A stretch of DNA of 64,000 bases, taken from the sequence record MK774614.2. One strand, written 5' to 3'. Below the pieces are notes generated by a model. It saw only the letters and a list, made by a program, of their open reading frames with translations, was not told where the DNA came from and did no database searches. Below, piece after piece: positions 1-10,321 of this stretch (position 1 is its first letter; every line of letters starts with the position of its first letter). The translations under genes and the position numbers were made by a program.

Positions 1-903
1 TTAACCGATGTAATCCGGTCGTGCAACAGAAGACTTCTCTTGTTGCATCAGGTTGGCAATACCACCATCACGCAGTGCTTGGAGAGTCGGAGTCGGGTTC
101 ATGAACCCTGCCGGGGCTTTACGACCACCTGGGTTATAAAGAGCCATCCGTTTCATGACATTCCGTGCGATCTCTTTTGCCGCGAAGGTATCAAATTCAA
201 TCAGGCCGGTAAATTCGGTACTGATCTCGCGAACTCGACCGGATGCGTTTTCCACATCATAACCAAATTCGTATTGCGGACCTTCTTTGGGCATCTGACC
301 CAGAACCAATGCGGCGTGACGAACGTCAGTCCAGTTACGGTTAGGTTCAAAGTAGATGGACGACATGGAGATCTCATCCAACAGAAGTTCACCACCATAG
401 TTCAGGGTGATGATCTTCGGATGACGAATCACCGGATCAGACAACAGGTAGCTGATCCAAGCATCCATGGTTTTGGAAAACGCTTCACCTTCCGGATCCA
501 ACGCCATATGACTGATGGAACCAAACTGGCGCTGAGAACCCACCGGGAAACTCAAGGTAGAACCACCAGCCCAAGTGATGTCGTGGTATTCAACACTGGT
601 ACGGGAAGTGAGGCCACTCCAGTTACGAGAACGGGTTTCCATATAAGCACGCACCAAGCCATGAAGACTTTGACCTGCCGGAATACCATTAAACGCAGAT
701 GGGGTAGAAAGCACAACGCAGTACGGACGCTGAGAGACGTACGGTTGTTCGGCAACGTAACGGAAGTTGTTGGGGGCAAAGCCATATTGCCCACCAACCG
801 CTGCGTTAATCACCGGACCAGAAGCGATATCAAATGCCCGCTGGAAATCACTGTTGCCAGGCAGGAGCATGTTGTTATCACGATGCGGGTAATTACTGCT
901 CAT
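1..903 (-). CDS. Tail tube protein (phiKZ gp30-like)
   Basis: 300 aa, directly downstream of the sheath on the same strand; codon bias of a highly expressed gene; position matches the phiKZ-like sheath-tube pair. Confidence 0.7.
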   Translation of the reverse strand: MSSNYPHRDNNMLLPGNSDFQRAFDIASGPVINAAVGGQYGFAPNNFRYVAEQPYVSQRPYCVVLSTPSAFNGIPAGQSLHGLVRAYMETRSRNWSGLTSRTSVEYHDITWAGGSTLSFPVGSQRQFGSISHMALDPEGEAFSKTMDAWISYLLSDPVIRHPKIITLNYGGELLLDEISMSSIYFEPNRNWTDVRHAALVLGQMPKEGPQYEFGYDVENASGRVREISTEFTGLIEFDTFAAKEIARNVMKRMALYNPGGRKAPAGFMNPTPTLQALRDGGIANLMQQEKSSVARPDYIG

Positions 904-916
904 TTGTTAGAGCTCC

Positions 917-3127
917 TTATTGGGCCACGAGAGAATCAGCGTTGTATGCTTCCAGTACGCTGTTCATCATGTACACGCCTTTATTCAACCACACACGGGT
1001 GGTGGTGTACATCACGGATTTAGCGTTGGGTGCATCTTCTCTGAAGGTTGGATCCACTTCCCAGTTGGCCAGCACCGCGCCCAGACGTTCGCGAATACGA
1101 GCTTCTGACGTGTCTTTCATGAAGGAGATATACCCTTCTTTGGACACTTGGGAATCACCGGAGATCTGAATCCAGTTATCTTGCAGAATTTTCTCAACAG
1201 TGACACAGCGCCAGATGTTGGTCAGTTCTTTAAGAACGGAGTCCACATTGGGATAAACGGACGGCAATGCCGGACGGCAATACTGGGACACGTTAAGCGG
1301 CGTCACAGTGACACAACCTTTGATCAGGTTGTTCGCAGCAGGATCATCATCTTCGAACTGAACCAGCGGGTCGTGCATAATACGAATAGCACGATTCCCT
1401 TCATGATCGGGCATCCGGTTAGCAAAGATCTTACCATCTTCACCACCGCCTGCGTACGCAAAGGCATACATGGTATCGATGTTCAAGGAGAACCGACCAT
1501 AGGTCACTTCATCCACAACACGCGCATCCCACAGGTTGATAGAGGCACGGCAGGTCTGGGCCTGATAGACTTCACTTTCCGGGATCATCAACAGTTTGGT
1601 GTTGAGCATTTCGGCGGTAGAGTAAAGCTGTTCTTGGGTTTTGTTTACCAGGTATTCCGTGGCACACATCCCAACGATGATATCTTTACGCTTACCCAGG
1701 AAACTGATCAGGGCATCTTTGATGTCTTCATTATAACCCAGATCCCAGATAAAGCTGGTGCGGTTACGAATCACATCTTTCAGATCCAGCGAGGCCCGGT
1801 AGGTCATCAGGTAAGCCAGATAAAGGGATTGGTTCATTTCCCAATATTGCTTATGAGAGATAACCGCAGTGCTGGCTGTGTTGACAACCCAAGAACCGTC
1901 AGTTGCTTCATCCCAGCTATCCGGTGCATCTGGATACTTACCGGTTTTGTCAGCATAGGGGTTGATACCGCCATTAGCTTGCAGGTAGTGATTCAGAGAA
2001 ACACGAGTACCAGTAATGGTTACAGGACCGGTTAGATCAAGCATCCCACCAAAGACGATGTTGTAATACGGATTGCCGTTATGATCCACCATGGACAGCG
2101 GGTTCATGATCGCGCCGCGCGGGAGACGATTGGACTGAACACTTGGGACGGTCCCCAGTGCTTCAGCAGCAACGTACTCAGCTTGGTAGAGATCTTCGGT
2201 CACTTGTTCCAGATTACGACGGTACACAAATACGTCTTGGAATGGTGCTGCTTTCTCTTGGATCGGCCGGTTAACTTCTCGACCAGTAAAGCGGTTTACA
2301 CCTGCCTGAAGACCATAGTGGACGTTGTTTGCACCAATGGTATCAAACAGGGTCACCATCACATCCGGAGAACCAGTGCTGGTGGTAGCCGCAACACGCA
2401 TCCCATTGTCCAGCAGTTCACCCATTACCATGGTGAAGGGATAAGAGCCGTAAGTGCGGACAAACTTGGACAACTCGCCCCAATCGGTATTCTGGGAATG
2501 ACCGAATGTGCTGTACATCGCATTGTAGCTGTCACCGATCCCGGAGAGCAGTTCAAAGAGCGGGATAAAGCTACCTGTGGCATCAGCAGGAACAGTCAAC
2601 CCAGCGGGCGCTGTTACTTCGATGGTTTTGGCTTCACCAATTGGGGTGTCTGCTTTAACAGTAACAGTACCTGGGCAAACAAAAATACCTTTCACCGCAG
2701 GGGTGTCAGTATCGAGTTTTGGTTTACCGGCTGCATCAAACAGGTATTTGCCCTGACCATCGCGAGAATAGTTAGGTACTTGTTGATCTTTGAAAACACA
2801 AACACCAAAGACCACCCGAGCACGCTCGGTGTTATTGGTGAGACGTTTAAAGGAGAACGAAGACTGACCCGCAGCGCCCAGTTTAGAAATCGCCAGGGCA
2901 ATCGGATTGTAATAAGGACCGTACGGATCCAGGGTATCCCCGAACTTTACGCTAAAGTCACCCACTGCTACGGTGTCGCGTTTAACCGGACCACGTGGGG
3001 TAACCATCGCGAAATCCGGGAAGTGGGCTGGTGAACTAATGATAGGGTTCGTAACGGGCAAATTCTCCCGACTGACAATACCTTCGTTCTGCACCCGACC
3101 CGGAATCACTTTGGAAAAAGTTTGCAT
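917..3127 (-). CDS. Contractile tail sheath protein (phiKZ gp29-like)
   Basis: N-terminal HFPDFAMVTPRGP...TFGDTLDP motif typical of phiKZ-type sheaths. Start moved from the track's 3205 to ATG 3127, which has GGAG upstream (about 736 aa). Confidence 0.8.
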   Translation of the reverse strand: MQTFSKVIPGRVQNEGIVSRENLPVTNPIISSPAHFPDFAMVTPRGPVKRDTVAVGDFSVKFGDTLDPYGPYYNPIALAISKLGAAGQSSFSFKRLTNNTERARVVFGVCVFKDQQVPNYSRDGQGKYLFDAAGKPKLDTDTPAVKGIFVCPGTVTVKADTPIGEAKTIEVTAPAGLTVPADATGSFIPLFELLSGIGDSYNAMYSTFGHSQNTDWGELSKFVRTYGSYPFTMVMGELLDNGMRVAATTSTGSPDVMVTLFDTIGANNVHYGLQAGVNRFTGREVNRPIQEKAAPFQDVFVYRRNLEQVTEDLYQAEYVAAEALGTVPSVQSNRLPRGAIMNPLSMVDHNGNPYYNIVFGGMLDLTGPVTITGTRVSLNHYLQANGGINPYADKTGKYPDAPDSWDEATDGSWVVNTASTAVISHKQYWEMNQSLYLAYLMTYRASLDLKDVIRNRTSFIWDLGYNEDIKDALISFLGKRKDIIVGMCATEYLVNKTQEQLYSTAEMLNTKLLMIPESEVYQAQTCRASINLWDARVVDEVTYGRFSLNIDTMYAFAYAGGGEDGKIFANRMPDHEGNRAIRIMHDPLVQFEDDDPAANNLIKGCVTVTPLNVSQYCRPALPSVYPNVDSVLKELTNIWRCVTVEKILQDNWIQISGDSQVSKEGYISFMKDTSEARIRERLGAVLANWEVDPTFREDAPNAKSVMYTTTRVWLNKGVYMMNSVLEAYNADSLVAQ

Positions 3128-3250
3128 ACCGACTCCGATATTAGAGTAAAAAAGTGATAAATTTTTTTGATCAAAAAAATCAATCGTATGACCCGAAGGC
3201 CACAACAGGTCTGACGTTTACACGCATAACATTAATTTGGAACTAGAGAT

Positions 3251-4126
3251 ATGATCTTAAACGGATATGATACTTCAGTGGGTAGCCGTTATCGAGTAAA
3301 AGACAAAGTTGCTGAAACAATCAAGATGCTCCAAAGCACTGATCGTCTTGAAATTGTTGACAACATTGGGGTTTATGCGATTACTCACAACAACGACATG
3401 GGACTTCCTCCTGTTATTTTTCCAATCAGTATTCAAAACTACCTCAAAGAAAAGGTGACGGTATTTGATCAACGCCCTTATTTTAATAAGAGCGGCCAGA
3501 ATGTGAACATTCCTGAATACAACGTCATGCTCTTGGCATCGATGCTGCAACAGGATTTGCAAAAGGGAAATACCACACTGATTCGCACAGTTCGTCCCTT
3601 TACTATCAAAGCATTCGCCAACTCCATTGCACGTCGCTTAGAAGCCGGTGTCGCACTGGATATGGAACAGAAAACGACACTGCGTATTTTGCTGGCATAT
3701 TACTACGTTTGCTTACTGGAAGATCAGAATACCGATTATAATTTCATTGCTCAGAACTCGATTCAACAAGCATTGAAATTCCCGGGTATGCGTATTCGTC
3801 GCACCATCGAAGAACTGGGTTACGTTGCCACTATCCATGATCTTCTTCGCACTATTAAAGAACACCCTGAACTCCTTCCCCTGAGTCGCCTGGATTTGTC
3901 CGGTTTGATTCAGGCAGCCTCTGGTATCTTTTTTGCCAACTCTGGTTTTAAACAACTGGTACCAGCTGCACTGGAAATGCCCACTTTATTTACCGCCATC
4001 TGTCACGGCGCTGCGACACAGCGTATTTATCAAAATACCATGGTCGGTCAAGAATTGGATCCACGCAATAATAAACAAGTGGATTCTTTTATTAAGACAG
4101 TTGGGTATTATTTTAACGCTAAGTAA
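3251..4126 (+). CDS. Conserved virion-associated protein (phiKZ gp28-like position)
   Basis: 291 aa ORF divergent from the sheath, first gene of the operon leading to terminase; assignment by synteny only. Confidence 0.5.
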   Translation: MILNGYDTSVGSRYRVKDKVAETIKMLQSTDRLEIVDNIGVYAITHNNDMGLPPVIFPISIQNYLKEKVTVFDQRPYFNKSGQNVNIPEYNVMLLASMLQQDLQKGNTTLIRTVRPFTIKAFANSIARRLEAGVALDMEQKTTLRILLAYYYVCLLEDQNTDYNFIAQNSIQQALKFPGMRIRRTIEELGYVATIHDLLRTIKEHPELLPLSRLDLSGLIQAASGIFFANSGFKQLVPAALEMPTLFTAICHGAATQRIYQNTMVGQELDPRNNKQVDSFIKTVGYYFNAK

Positions 4127-4143
4127 CTTCCTGGGGTTAATAC

Positions 4144-7100
4144 ATGACAGATCAAGTCCCTGAATTTAGCTTAGAACAACGGAAGATCGTCTTAAGCGGC
4201 AATGCCATGACGGTAACCCTTGGGATTGTCCGTCACGGTGAACCCTGGGCAAGCTCGGCGACTCTTTATGATTTAACCAGTGCCACCCATACCGAAAGTG
4301 GAACACTGACCCCAACCTCTTGGGAGTTTTTACAAGAGTGGGGGGAGATCATATTTGAGATTCCTGTTGTTATATCTAACACACAACCTCTTAACTACCG
4401 CTTCGTTGGGAGTGGTTTGGTTAATGATGACAATTGTCCATTTGAAGTTAATGTCACGGTCAACCCCATCGAGTGTAAAGCATTTAACTTAACCAGCGAT
4501 GGCGATTTAGTTTTTACCTTAAAAACCACCCGACCGGATACGGGTGCGCCTATTCAGATTGAACCGTTAGTCATGGTCTATGATTACTCGTATCCTCACG
4601 ATAATCCTAATCCACGCATTCGAGAAGCCAATCTGGAAATCGGGGAAGTGGTTGTTGAGGTCGTTCAAGCTGATGCTCCCGATGACCCGACTGATCAGTT
4701 TGTTAAAGGTCGTGCTATTTTTGATTTTCCCACCTACTCTCAACGTGTTGATTTTGAAAATGAAACAGAAGCGGTGACCACGTTTGACATGTATCCTGAA
4801 CCACTGGTGGATTACGCGGTCAAGAACATGTGGGGTAATCCTGAGGTCGATTCTCAATACCATTTGAAATTGGCTAGGATTTCTTCTTCTGTAGGGTCCA
4901 TTAACGATTTCTTTTATATGGGGAAACTGTTTAGACTTCCTTCGGAAGAAGAGTTTTATATTGTTTACTCCATGGGCGGGATTGATCCTCATTTCTGGAA
5001 CATGTTTGACAATCGCACAGGGTGGTATCCTTATAACACCTGGACAGCGTTATCAACCATTTCAAATGCCAGGGGGGTTGTGCTTGATCTTTATAATGGT
5101 CAAGGGTACATGTTCCCCAGAACCACTGCATTTGCAATGGGAACTCATGAAGGTGTTACGTTGGTTGCCATTCCAGTAACCAGTCAACTCCCTCAGCCTG
5201 TGGGTCGTTCTGTTTATTTACGCTGTTACACCACAGACATTAATTTGTCCATCATCTCTTCTGCAGATCAAGAGAAGTGGCGTTTTGGATACGAGTATGC
5301 TGAGTACAGTGTTGTCGACGATCTGATTCGGGTTAAAACCCGGTTTAATGTCTTTAGTTCCTTTAATATGGGATCGGTGATCTTTTATGTTAATGGCGTG
5401 ATTACTGACATTGATCGTTATGTTCCTACAACGGGTGATCAGCTGGAAGTTTATTACGATCCCACTATCAATAAACAGATCACTTACCAGTATAAAGACC
5501 TGAACGACTATTACTCTGAGTTGGACAGTAAACGTAAACTGTTGTTGTTTCCGGGAACACTTAATAAACCCCGTGTTTATCGCTATTTTGATGATTGTGA
5601 TTATTACATTTATAATCACAAAACGGGACAAGGGTTCTACTTTAACCGAAACAGTGAAGATGCGGTAAGACAACTGACTCATCAAGACATGGGCATTGCC
5701 TCCCAATATGTCGAGTTCTTAGTTTCCCAACTGCTGGCGTTGGATAAGACACGGTTGAGCACGGAAGATGACATTCGTATTTGTGTTTGTTATCGTGCAA
5801 CAAAATGGGTCTTTAAATTAGGACCTTGCATCAGTCGGATTAATGACCTTTACTTGCTTGAAGATCCCGAACAAATTCTGGCTGCCATGGTGGGACCTAA
5901 ATCCACGATTCCAGAGTGGTCAGCTCCTGTGCTTGAGAAGAGTGCCACAAACAACGTGTTAAACAGCATTGTTCAAAAGCTCTCTACTCAAACTGTTCGT
6001 GAAGCGCTGGGATATAATGGTTGTGCGCAAGCACTGTCCCGTTCATTGGTGTGTATGCCACATCTCCTCCCAGGAGAAACACCTCCTGAGGATGTTAGTC
6101 ATGAGCCGTACGAAACCGGGTTAGGTTATCGCATCCCTGTCAGTTACATCGAATCTTCCGTGGCGTACGAGTATGATATCGATGGACATTATCTTCGTAA
6201 AAGTCCAATTATCAACCGGGAGTGGTTTACACCAGGTGAAGAAGGTTACTACGTTGAATTTGTCATGGGTCAAGCCAGCGGCACATTAGACTATGTCATC
6301 TCGCGCGCGGATGTGCTACTTAAACCAGGCTATGGGTTTAGGGTCTATAAAGCGGGATGGTTGATTGATCCTGATGTTCCAGATCCAGAACCGGTAGGAC
6401 TTTTTGATAACGAGTATCGCATTACCGGAGATGGGGAACCACTTTATCCAGAACCCACCATTGTTCCGATTGGTCTTACTGATGTTCCTTATAACGGTTC
6501 TCTTGGGAAACCAGACGGGAAATGGGTAGACATCACTGGATCAGATCAGTATCGATTAGAAAATGGGTATTTGGTTTGGAACATGGATCTCACCAACCAA
6601 GTTGGGATGGTGGTGTTTGACTCAATTCACATTTACAATGAGTTTGAATTAACGCATATTGACAAGTCCATTTGGTTTACCATTACAGACCGTTGGGATG
6701 TGGGTGGCTTACCACTGGTGTTAGAACCAGCTCAGTTGGATGTTTGGATCAATGGTCATGCTGCTATTGAGAACGTCGACTACGTGATTGATTTTCCACG
6801 TGTCTATGTAATCAGTAAAATGTGGCTAGACAGTGCCGATGTAAACACCATTGCTTATCGTGGACGGGGGTTATCACCCAGTGGACTTATCCCAAGCAGT
6901 GAACTGGGATTTGTTCAAGAAGGTGTGTTGGGAATGAACGGACGTTATAACCTGCGTATTGATCGCCCCACTAAAACTATTGTTGCTGGTAGGGTATTTA
7001 TGACCGAGGAAGTGGATTGGTCAGAGAACATCGCTCATGGTGATAACCTAAGTGCGTTTAACGGTTTCCCGTACGAAGTGAAACACATCTATTGTGCTAA

Positions 7101-7566
7101 CCGTTATGTGGATCCGATTGAACTCTATTGGGGGTTTGATGCGTCTCGAGATTTAGATAATCGCATCACGGATTATTTAACCGAGCATGTTAAATATAAA
7201 CCAGAGATCGCAGTAACACATCCCTATTTGGAAATGGACAAGTATCGCTTGTTCAGCCCATTTATGTCTCAGCTCGTCAACGAGATGGTATTGGGATTCT
7301 TGACTATTCCGGAACCTGATAATTCTATTATTGGATACAGTGATCAAGCCATTGATTCACTGACCCGTGAGTATCAGTGGTTGCTCAAATACGATCCTGT
7401 TACGTTGGGAGTGGATGAACGTTTCTTTTCATTCCAACCCTATTCCAATATGACAAGACCCACCATCACACCTAACCAGATGACTGTCTTAACCAGAGTG
7501 AATGAACTTTACTTAAAAGGTAAAGTCTCACTTGGGACTTTCTTTGAGGTATCTTCTAATGTTTGA
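4144..7566 (+). CDS. Large virion structural/baseplate protein (phiKZ gp27-like position)
   Basis: 1140 aa, aromatic/beta-rich, between sheath and terminase; synteny. Confidence 0.55.
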   Translation: MTDQVPEFSLEQRKIVLSGNAMTVTLGIVRHGEPWASSATLYDLTSATHTESGTLTPTSWEFLQEWGEIIFEIPVVISNTQPLNYRFVGSGLVNDDNCPFEVNVTVNPIECKAFNLTSDGDLVFTLKTTRPDTGAPIQIEPLVMVYDYSYPHDNPNPRIREANLEIGEVVVEVVQADAPDDPTDQFVKGRAIFDFPTYSQRVDFENETEAVTTFDMYPEPLVDYAVKNMWGNPEVDSQYHLKLARISSSVGSINDFFYMGKLFRLPSEEEFYIVYSMGGIDPHFWNMFDNRTGWYPYNTWTALSTISNARGVVLDLYNGQGYMFPRTTAFAMGTHEGVTLVAIPVTSQLPQPVGRSVYLRCYTTDINLSIISSADQEKWRFGYEYAEYSVVDDLIRVKTRFNVFSSFNMGSVIFYVNGVITDIDRYVPTTGDQLEVYYDPTINKQITYQYKDLNDYYSELDSKRKLLLFPGTLNKPRVYRYFDDCDYYIYNHKTGQGFYFNRNSEDAVRQLTHQDMGIASQYVEFLVSQLLALDKTRLSTEDDIRICVCYRATKWVFKLGPCISRINDLYLLEDPEQILAAMVGPKSTIPEWSAPVLEKSATNNVLNSIVQKLSTQTVREALGYNGCAQALSRSLVCMPHLLPGETPPEDVSHEPYETGLGYRIPVSYIESSVAYEYDIDGHYLRKSPIINREWFTPGEEGYYVEFVMGQASGTLDYVISRADVLLKPGYGFRVYKAGWLIDPDVPDPEPVGLFDNEYRITGDGEPLYPEPTIVPIGLTDVPYNGSLGKPDGKWVDITGSDQYRLENGYLVWNMDLTNQVGMVVFDSIHIYNEFELTHIDKSIWFTITDRWDVGGLPLVLEPAQLDVWINGHAAIENVDYVIDFPRVYVISKMWLDSADVNTIAYRGRGLSPSGLIPSSELGFVQEGVLGMNGRYNLRIDRPTKTIVAGRVFMTEEVDWSENIAHGDNLSAFNGFPYEVKHIYCANRYVDPIELYWGFDASRDLDNRITDYLTEHVKYKPEIAVTHPYLEMDKYRLFSPFMSQLVNEMVLGFLTIPEPDNSIIGYSDQAIDSLTREYQWLLKYDPVTLGVDERFFSFQPYSNMTRPTITPNQMTVLTRVNELYLKGKVSLGTFFEVSSNV

Positions 7567-9295
7567 TAAGACCCCGCGAACATCGTCGCTAGGTCGGGTT
7601 GTTCCTGGGGCAGGTCCCCAGGTTCCCAACAGTGACGAACGCAAAGTTGTTCATTATCTCGATCAAATTTTTGACCCCGATATTCATGACCCGGCAGACA
7701 TTGCCAAATATGTGATTCCTCAGGAAAGGGAAATCGTTATCGATGTTCCTGCTAAGAAGTTTCTTGAGGTAAAACACGTCGATAAATACGGGACGTGGAA
7801 ATCCACCTTGGAGGAGTGGGATCCTATCAGTGCAGAAGGGGATGCGGACTACGTTCTCTTTCCAAAGCACGAATATGGATTCTTGCAAGGTGAACTCGCG
7901 TTAGCCATTGATTACAGTGTTCGCCCCCCAGTTGCTCGAGTAGACAGTAATGCCATCGCTCCTGATGCTGCATATGCATTGCTCTACAAAGGCAACCTGA
8001 TCGGTGAGAAAGGGGAAATCATCTCTTCTCGTTATAGCGGTCAGGAGTTAGTGGATAACAAGATCTCTGTCTCGCCCGTGGTGTTTGATAACCTTGAAAA
8101 TCGCACTGTGATGGGTTGTGATACGTTCTCGGTCAATGTCAATGAAAATGACATGCCAAACGGGACTCGAGCCACGCTGGTTTTTTATGATGTCAATGGT
8201 CGTCCAATCCCACCGACCTATTCGGTAGCGACACAACACTGCGCTTACCTAAGGGATCATCAGTTGGGACAGCGTTATGTGAAATCCATTGAACTGATTA
8301 GTCCGTGGTTTACAAACGCGGTTTTACCCAATACCTTGTTTGTTCCCATTAACGTTGCATTGAAAACCATTGAGTTTCGAGCAAAGGTACATTACTCGGA
8401 TGGGTCTTCTTCTGATGAACTCCCAGTCAATACCTTTAATGGAAACAACGGGTTTAGTTTGTCAGGGATTGATCAGTACAAACCGACGGTTCCTGGACAA
8501 ACCAGCGATGCATTGGTACTGACTTATGCGTTTAAAGAACACGAGCAAGCGTACATCGTTCAACCGGGTGCTCCGCGTCATATTTCCGAACAGTTCACCA
8601 TTGTTGCCACGGCTGCTGAAGGGGCTTATTCGCCGCGTATTTATACTTATCCTTATTGGGATCCTACTGCTGGGTGGAAGTTACGTCATTATCTTACTGA
8701 TCTTGATCGTCGGTTCTGCCGTGATGTCACCGACGTGGTAACGTTGAATGAATCGTCCCCTGCATTTGATGGCCGTCGTTATGGTTCTGAACAGAACCTG
8801 ACCTTTAACCTGAACATGCGGGATGTCAGTGCGAATTATGAGCCATGGGCGTTTATTCAAAACACCTCCATTACGCTTTATAATGACGCAACGGTGGAAG
8901 GGCGTAAGTGGGATGTCCGTCACTCTTACGGCAAGCCTGCGTTCTCTGCACTGAGTTTGGAATTCAGTACACAGGTCGGTGGGATTACCTCTGGTAAGTT
9001 TGCAGGTGTGACTGACGTAGCAAGTTTCCTTGAGAAAGGGTATTATGCGTTTGAACCGATGATTGATCCTCGCACTGAGGCAAATCCCTTGGTTCCGACG
9101 CACTTCGATCTGTTGCGCACCAATAACACAGCACGAACTGGTATTCCAGTGGGTGATTTTGGTAACCTTCCTATTACCGATCTTTCATTGGTCAACGGTG
9201 AAGGTTTCTATGTCCGTTGGGTACGTCGTGAAGCAAACGGGAATGAACTCCAGTTGGGTGTTTCTGCTGGTGTGTGTAAGAAAGTGATTGTTTAA
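7559..9295 (+). CDS. Virion structural protein (phiKZ gp26-like position)
   Basis: ATG 7559 with GAGG upstream overlaps the previous gene's end; followed by a terminator; synteny. Confidence 0.55.
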   Translation: MFDKTPRTSSLGRVVPGAGPQVPNSDERKVVHYLDQIFDPDIHDPADIAKYVIPQEREIVIDVPAKKFLEVKHVDKYGTWKSTLEEWDPISAEGDADYVLFPKHEYGFLQGELALAIDYSVRPPVARVDSNAIAPDAAYALLYKGNLIGEKGEIISSRYSGQELVDNKISVSPVVFDNLENRTVMGCDTFSVNVNENDMPNGTRATLVFYDVNGRPIPPTYSVATQHCAYLRDHQLGQRYVKSIELISPWFTNAVLPNTLFVPINVALKTIEFRAKVHYSDGSSSDELPVNTFNGNNGFSLSGIDQYKPTVPGQTSDALVLTYAFKEHEQAYIVQPGAPRHISEQFTIVATAAEGAYSPRIYTYPYWDPTAGWKLRHYLTDLDRRFCRDVTDVVTLNESSPAFDGRRYGSEQNLTFNLNMRDVSANYEPWAFIQNTSITLYNDATVEGRKWDVRHSYGKPAFSALSLEFSTQVGGITSGKFAGVTDVASFLEKGYYAFEPMIDPRTEANPLVPTHFDLLRTNNTARTGIPVGDFGNLPITDLSLVNGEGFYVRWVRREANGNELQLGVSAGVCKKVIV

Positions 9296-9305
9296 TGGCC
9301 TTAAA

Positions 9306-9337
9306 GCTAAGTAACCCGCAAGGGTTACTTAGCTTTT
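9306..9337 (+). terminator. Intrinsic terminator
   Basis: Perfect 12-bp stem GCTAAGTAACCC/GGGTTACTTAGC, GCAA loop, followed by TTTT. Confidence 0.8.
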
Positions 9338-9399
9338 ATTCTAATAAATACGCGAGTATAAATAATCTGTTTATAACCAATAACCTAAGGGCTAATAAA

Positions 9400-9747
9400 A
9401 TGAACGTCTCTATTGATTTGACTACAATCGAAAAACTGTTTAGTGCTGAAGATAAAGAACCGCTAAGAACACATTTAATTGAAACACTGCTCGTTAACGG
9501 TCTCAGGGTAAAGGATCATCCACTTGTAAGAACCTTTCTAAACCGCGGGGCTTCTGATAGTTCAAAAGAAGTTTATGAAAAGGAGCGTTTGATTTATACC
9601 AAAGCTATTCTCATTCCTGTTAAAGACTTGAACGTGGATCAATGCAAAATTCCATTGGCTTTGACCTACGAGCACTTTGATCAGTTTTCTTTAACTGATA
9701 TTAAGAACATTATTAAATACGCCCACAAGACCTGTTTTGGTTTTTGA
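9400..9747 (+). CDS. Hypothetical protein
   Basis: The track ORF starts at 9295 but crosses the terminator; ATG 9400 has AAGGG upstream. Confidence 0.6.
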   Translation: MNVSIDLTTIEKLFSAEDKEPLRTHLIETLLVNGLRVKDHPLVRTFLNRGASDSSKEVYEKERLIYTKAILIPVKDLNVDQCKIPLALTYEHFDQFSLTDIKNIIKYAHKTCFGF

Positions 9748-9756
9748 TACCCATAA

Positions 9757-9783
9757 TTTTACAAGCAGATATTATTAACATGA
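9757..9783 (+). promoter_or_regulatory. Early-type phage promoter
   Basis: TTTTACAAGCAGATATTATTAACATG matches the motif repeated upstream of many genes in the window; resembles the phiKZ early TATATTAC element. Confidence 0.65.
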
Positions 9784-9804
9784 CACAATTATGGGGGTAT
9801 TTCT

Positions 9805-10199
9805 ATGTCTGATAACCTCATTGTTAACACTACGTTTAAACGAATTAAATCATCTAACCTGGAACGTAAACGTTAGCTGAACTGCTTTACAAAAGTTTAA
9901 AGGCAAATGGTGATCACGTCCCCAATAAATTACGTTCTGCCATTCAAATGTTAGCTGACTCAATGTTGGACAACACGCGTGATATGTTTGTGCTTTATGA
10001 ACCATATTGGCGGATTATCAGCGTTGAAAATTACACCGGTAAACAAGAAGATTTGCGGGAATGTACACTTTCTCTTTTACTAGGCAACGGAACAGTCACT
10101 AACAAACAGATTATCTTGCTGATAGCCACACTGCTCTCAATCAGTTTTGAAGATAAGCTGGTCGATCTTGTTGATCATGAATTACACTATTTGATTTAA
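9805..10199 (+). pseudogene. Frameshifted hypothetical gene (or single-base sequencing error)
   Basis: ATG 9805 (GGGGG upstream, promoter in front) stops at TAG 9874-9876. The -1 frame is open from 9870 into the 9948..10199 ORF. Adding one A at cgtAAAcg gives one ~131 aa protein. Confidence 0.6.
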
Positions 10200-10321
10200 A
10201 CTAGTACGTTCAACCTACTCCTTAATTGGGGTAGGTTGAATACCTTTGTTTTATTTTTAATTCCTGTTTGTCTTGGCAATTATCTGGAGATTAACTTATT
10301 TGCTCGTAAAGGATATAAATT

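Noticed and set aside
40-3034. Long plus-strand ORFs 40..1023, 1148..2035 and 2081..3034
   Set aside because: Antisense shadows of the codon-biased tube and sheath genes.
3187-3228. Divergent late TATG promoters between sheath and the next gene
   Set aside because: A 4-nt motif cannot be told from chance without TSS data.
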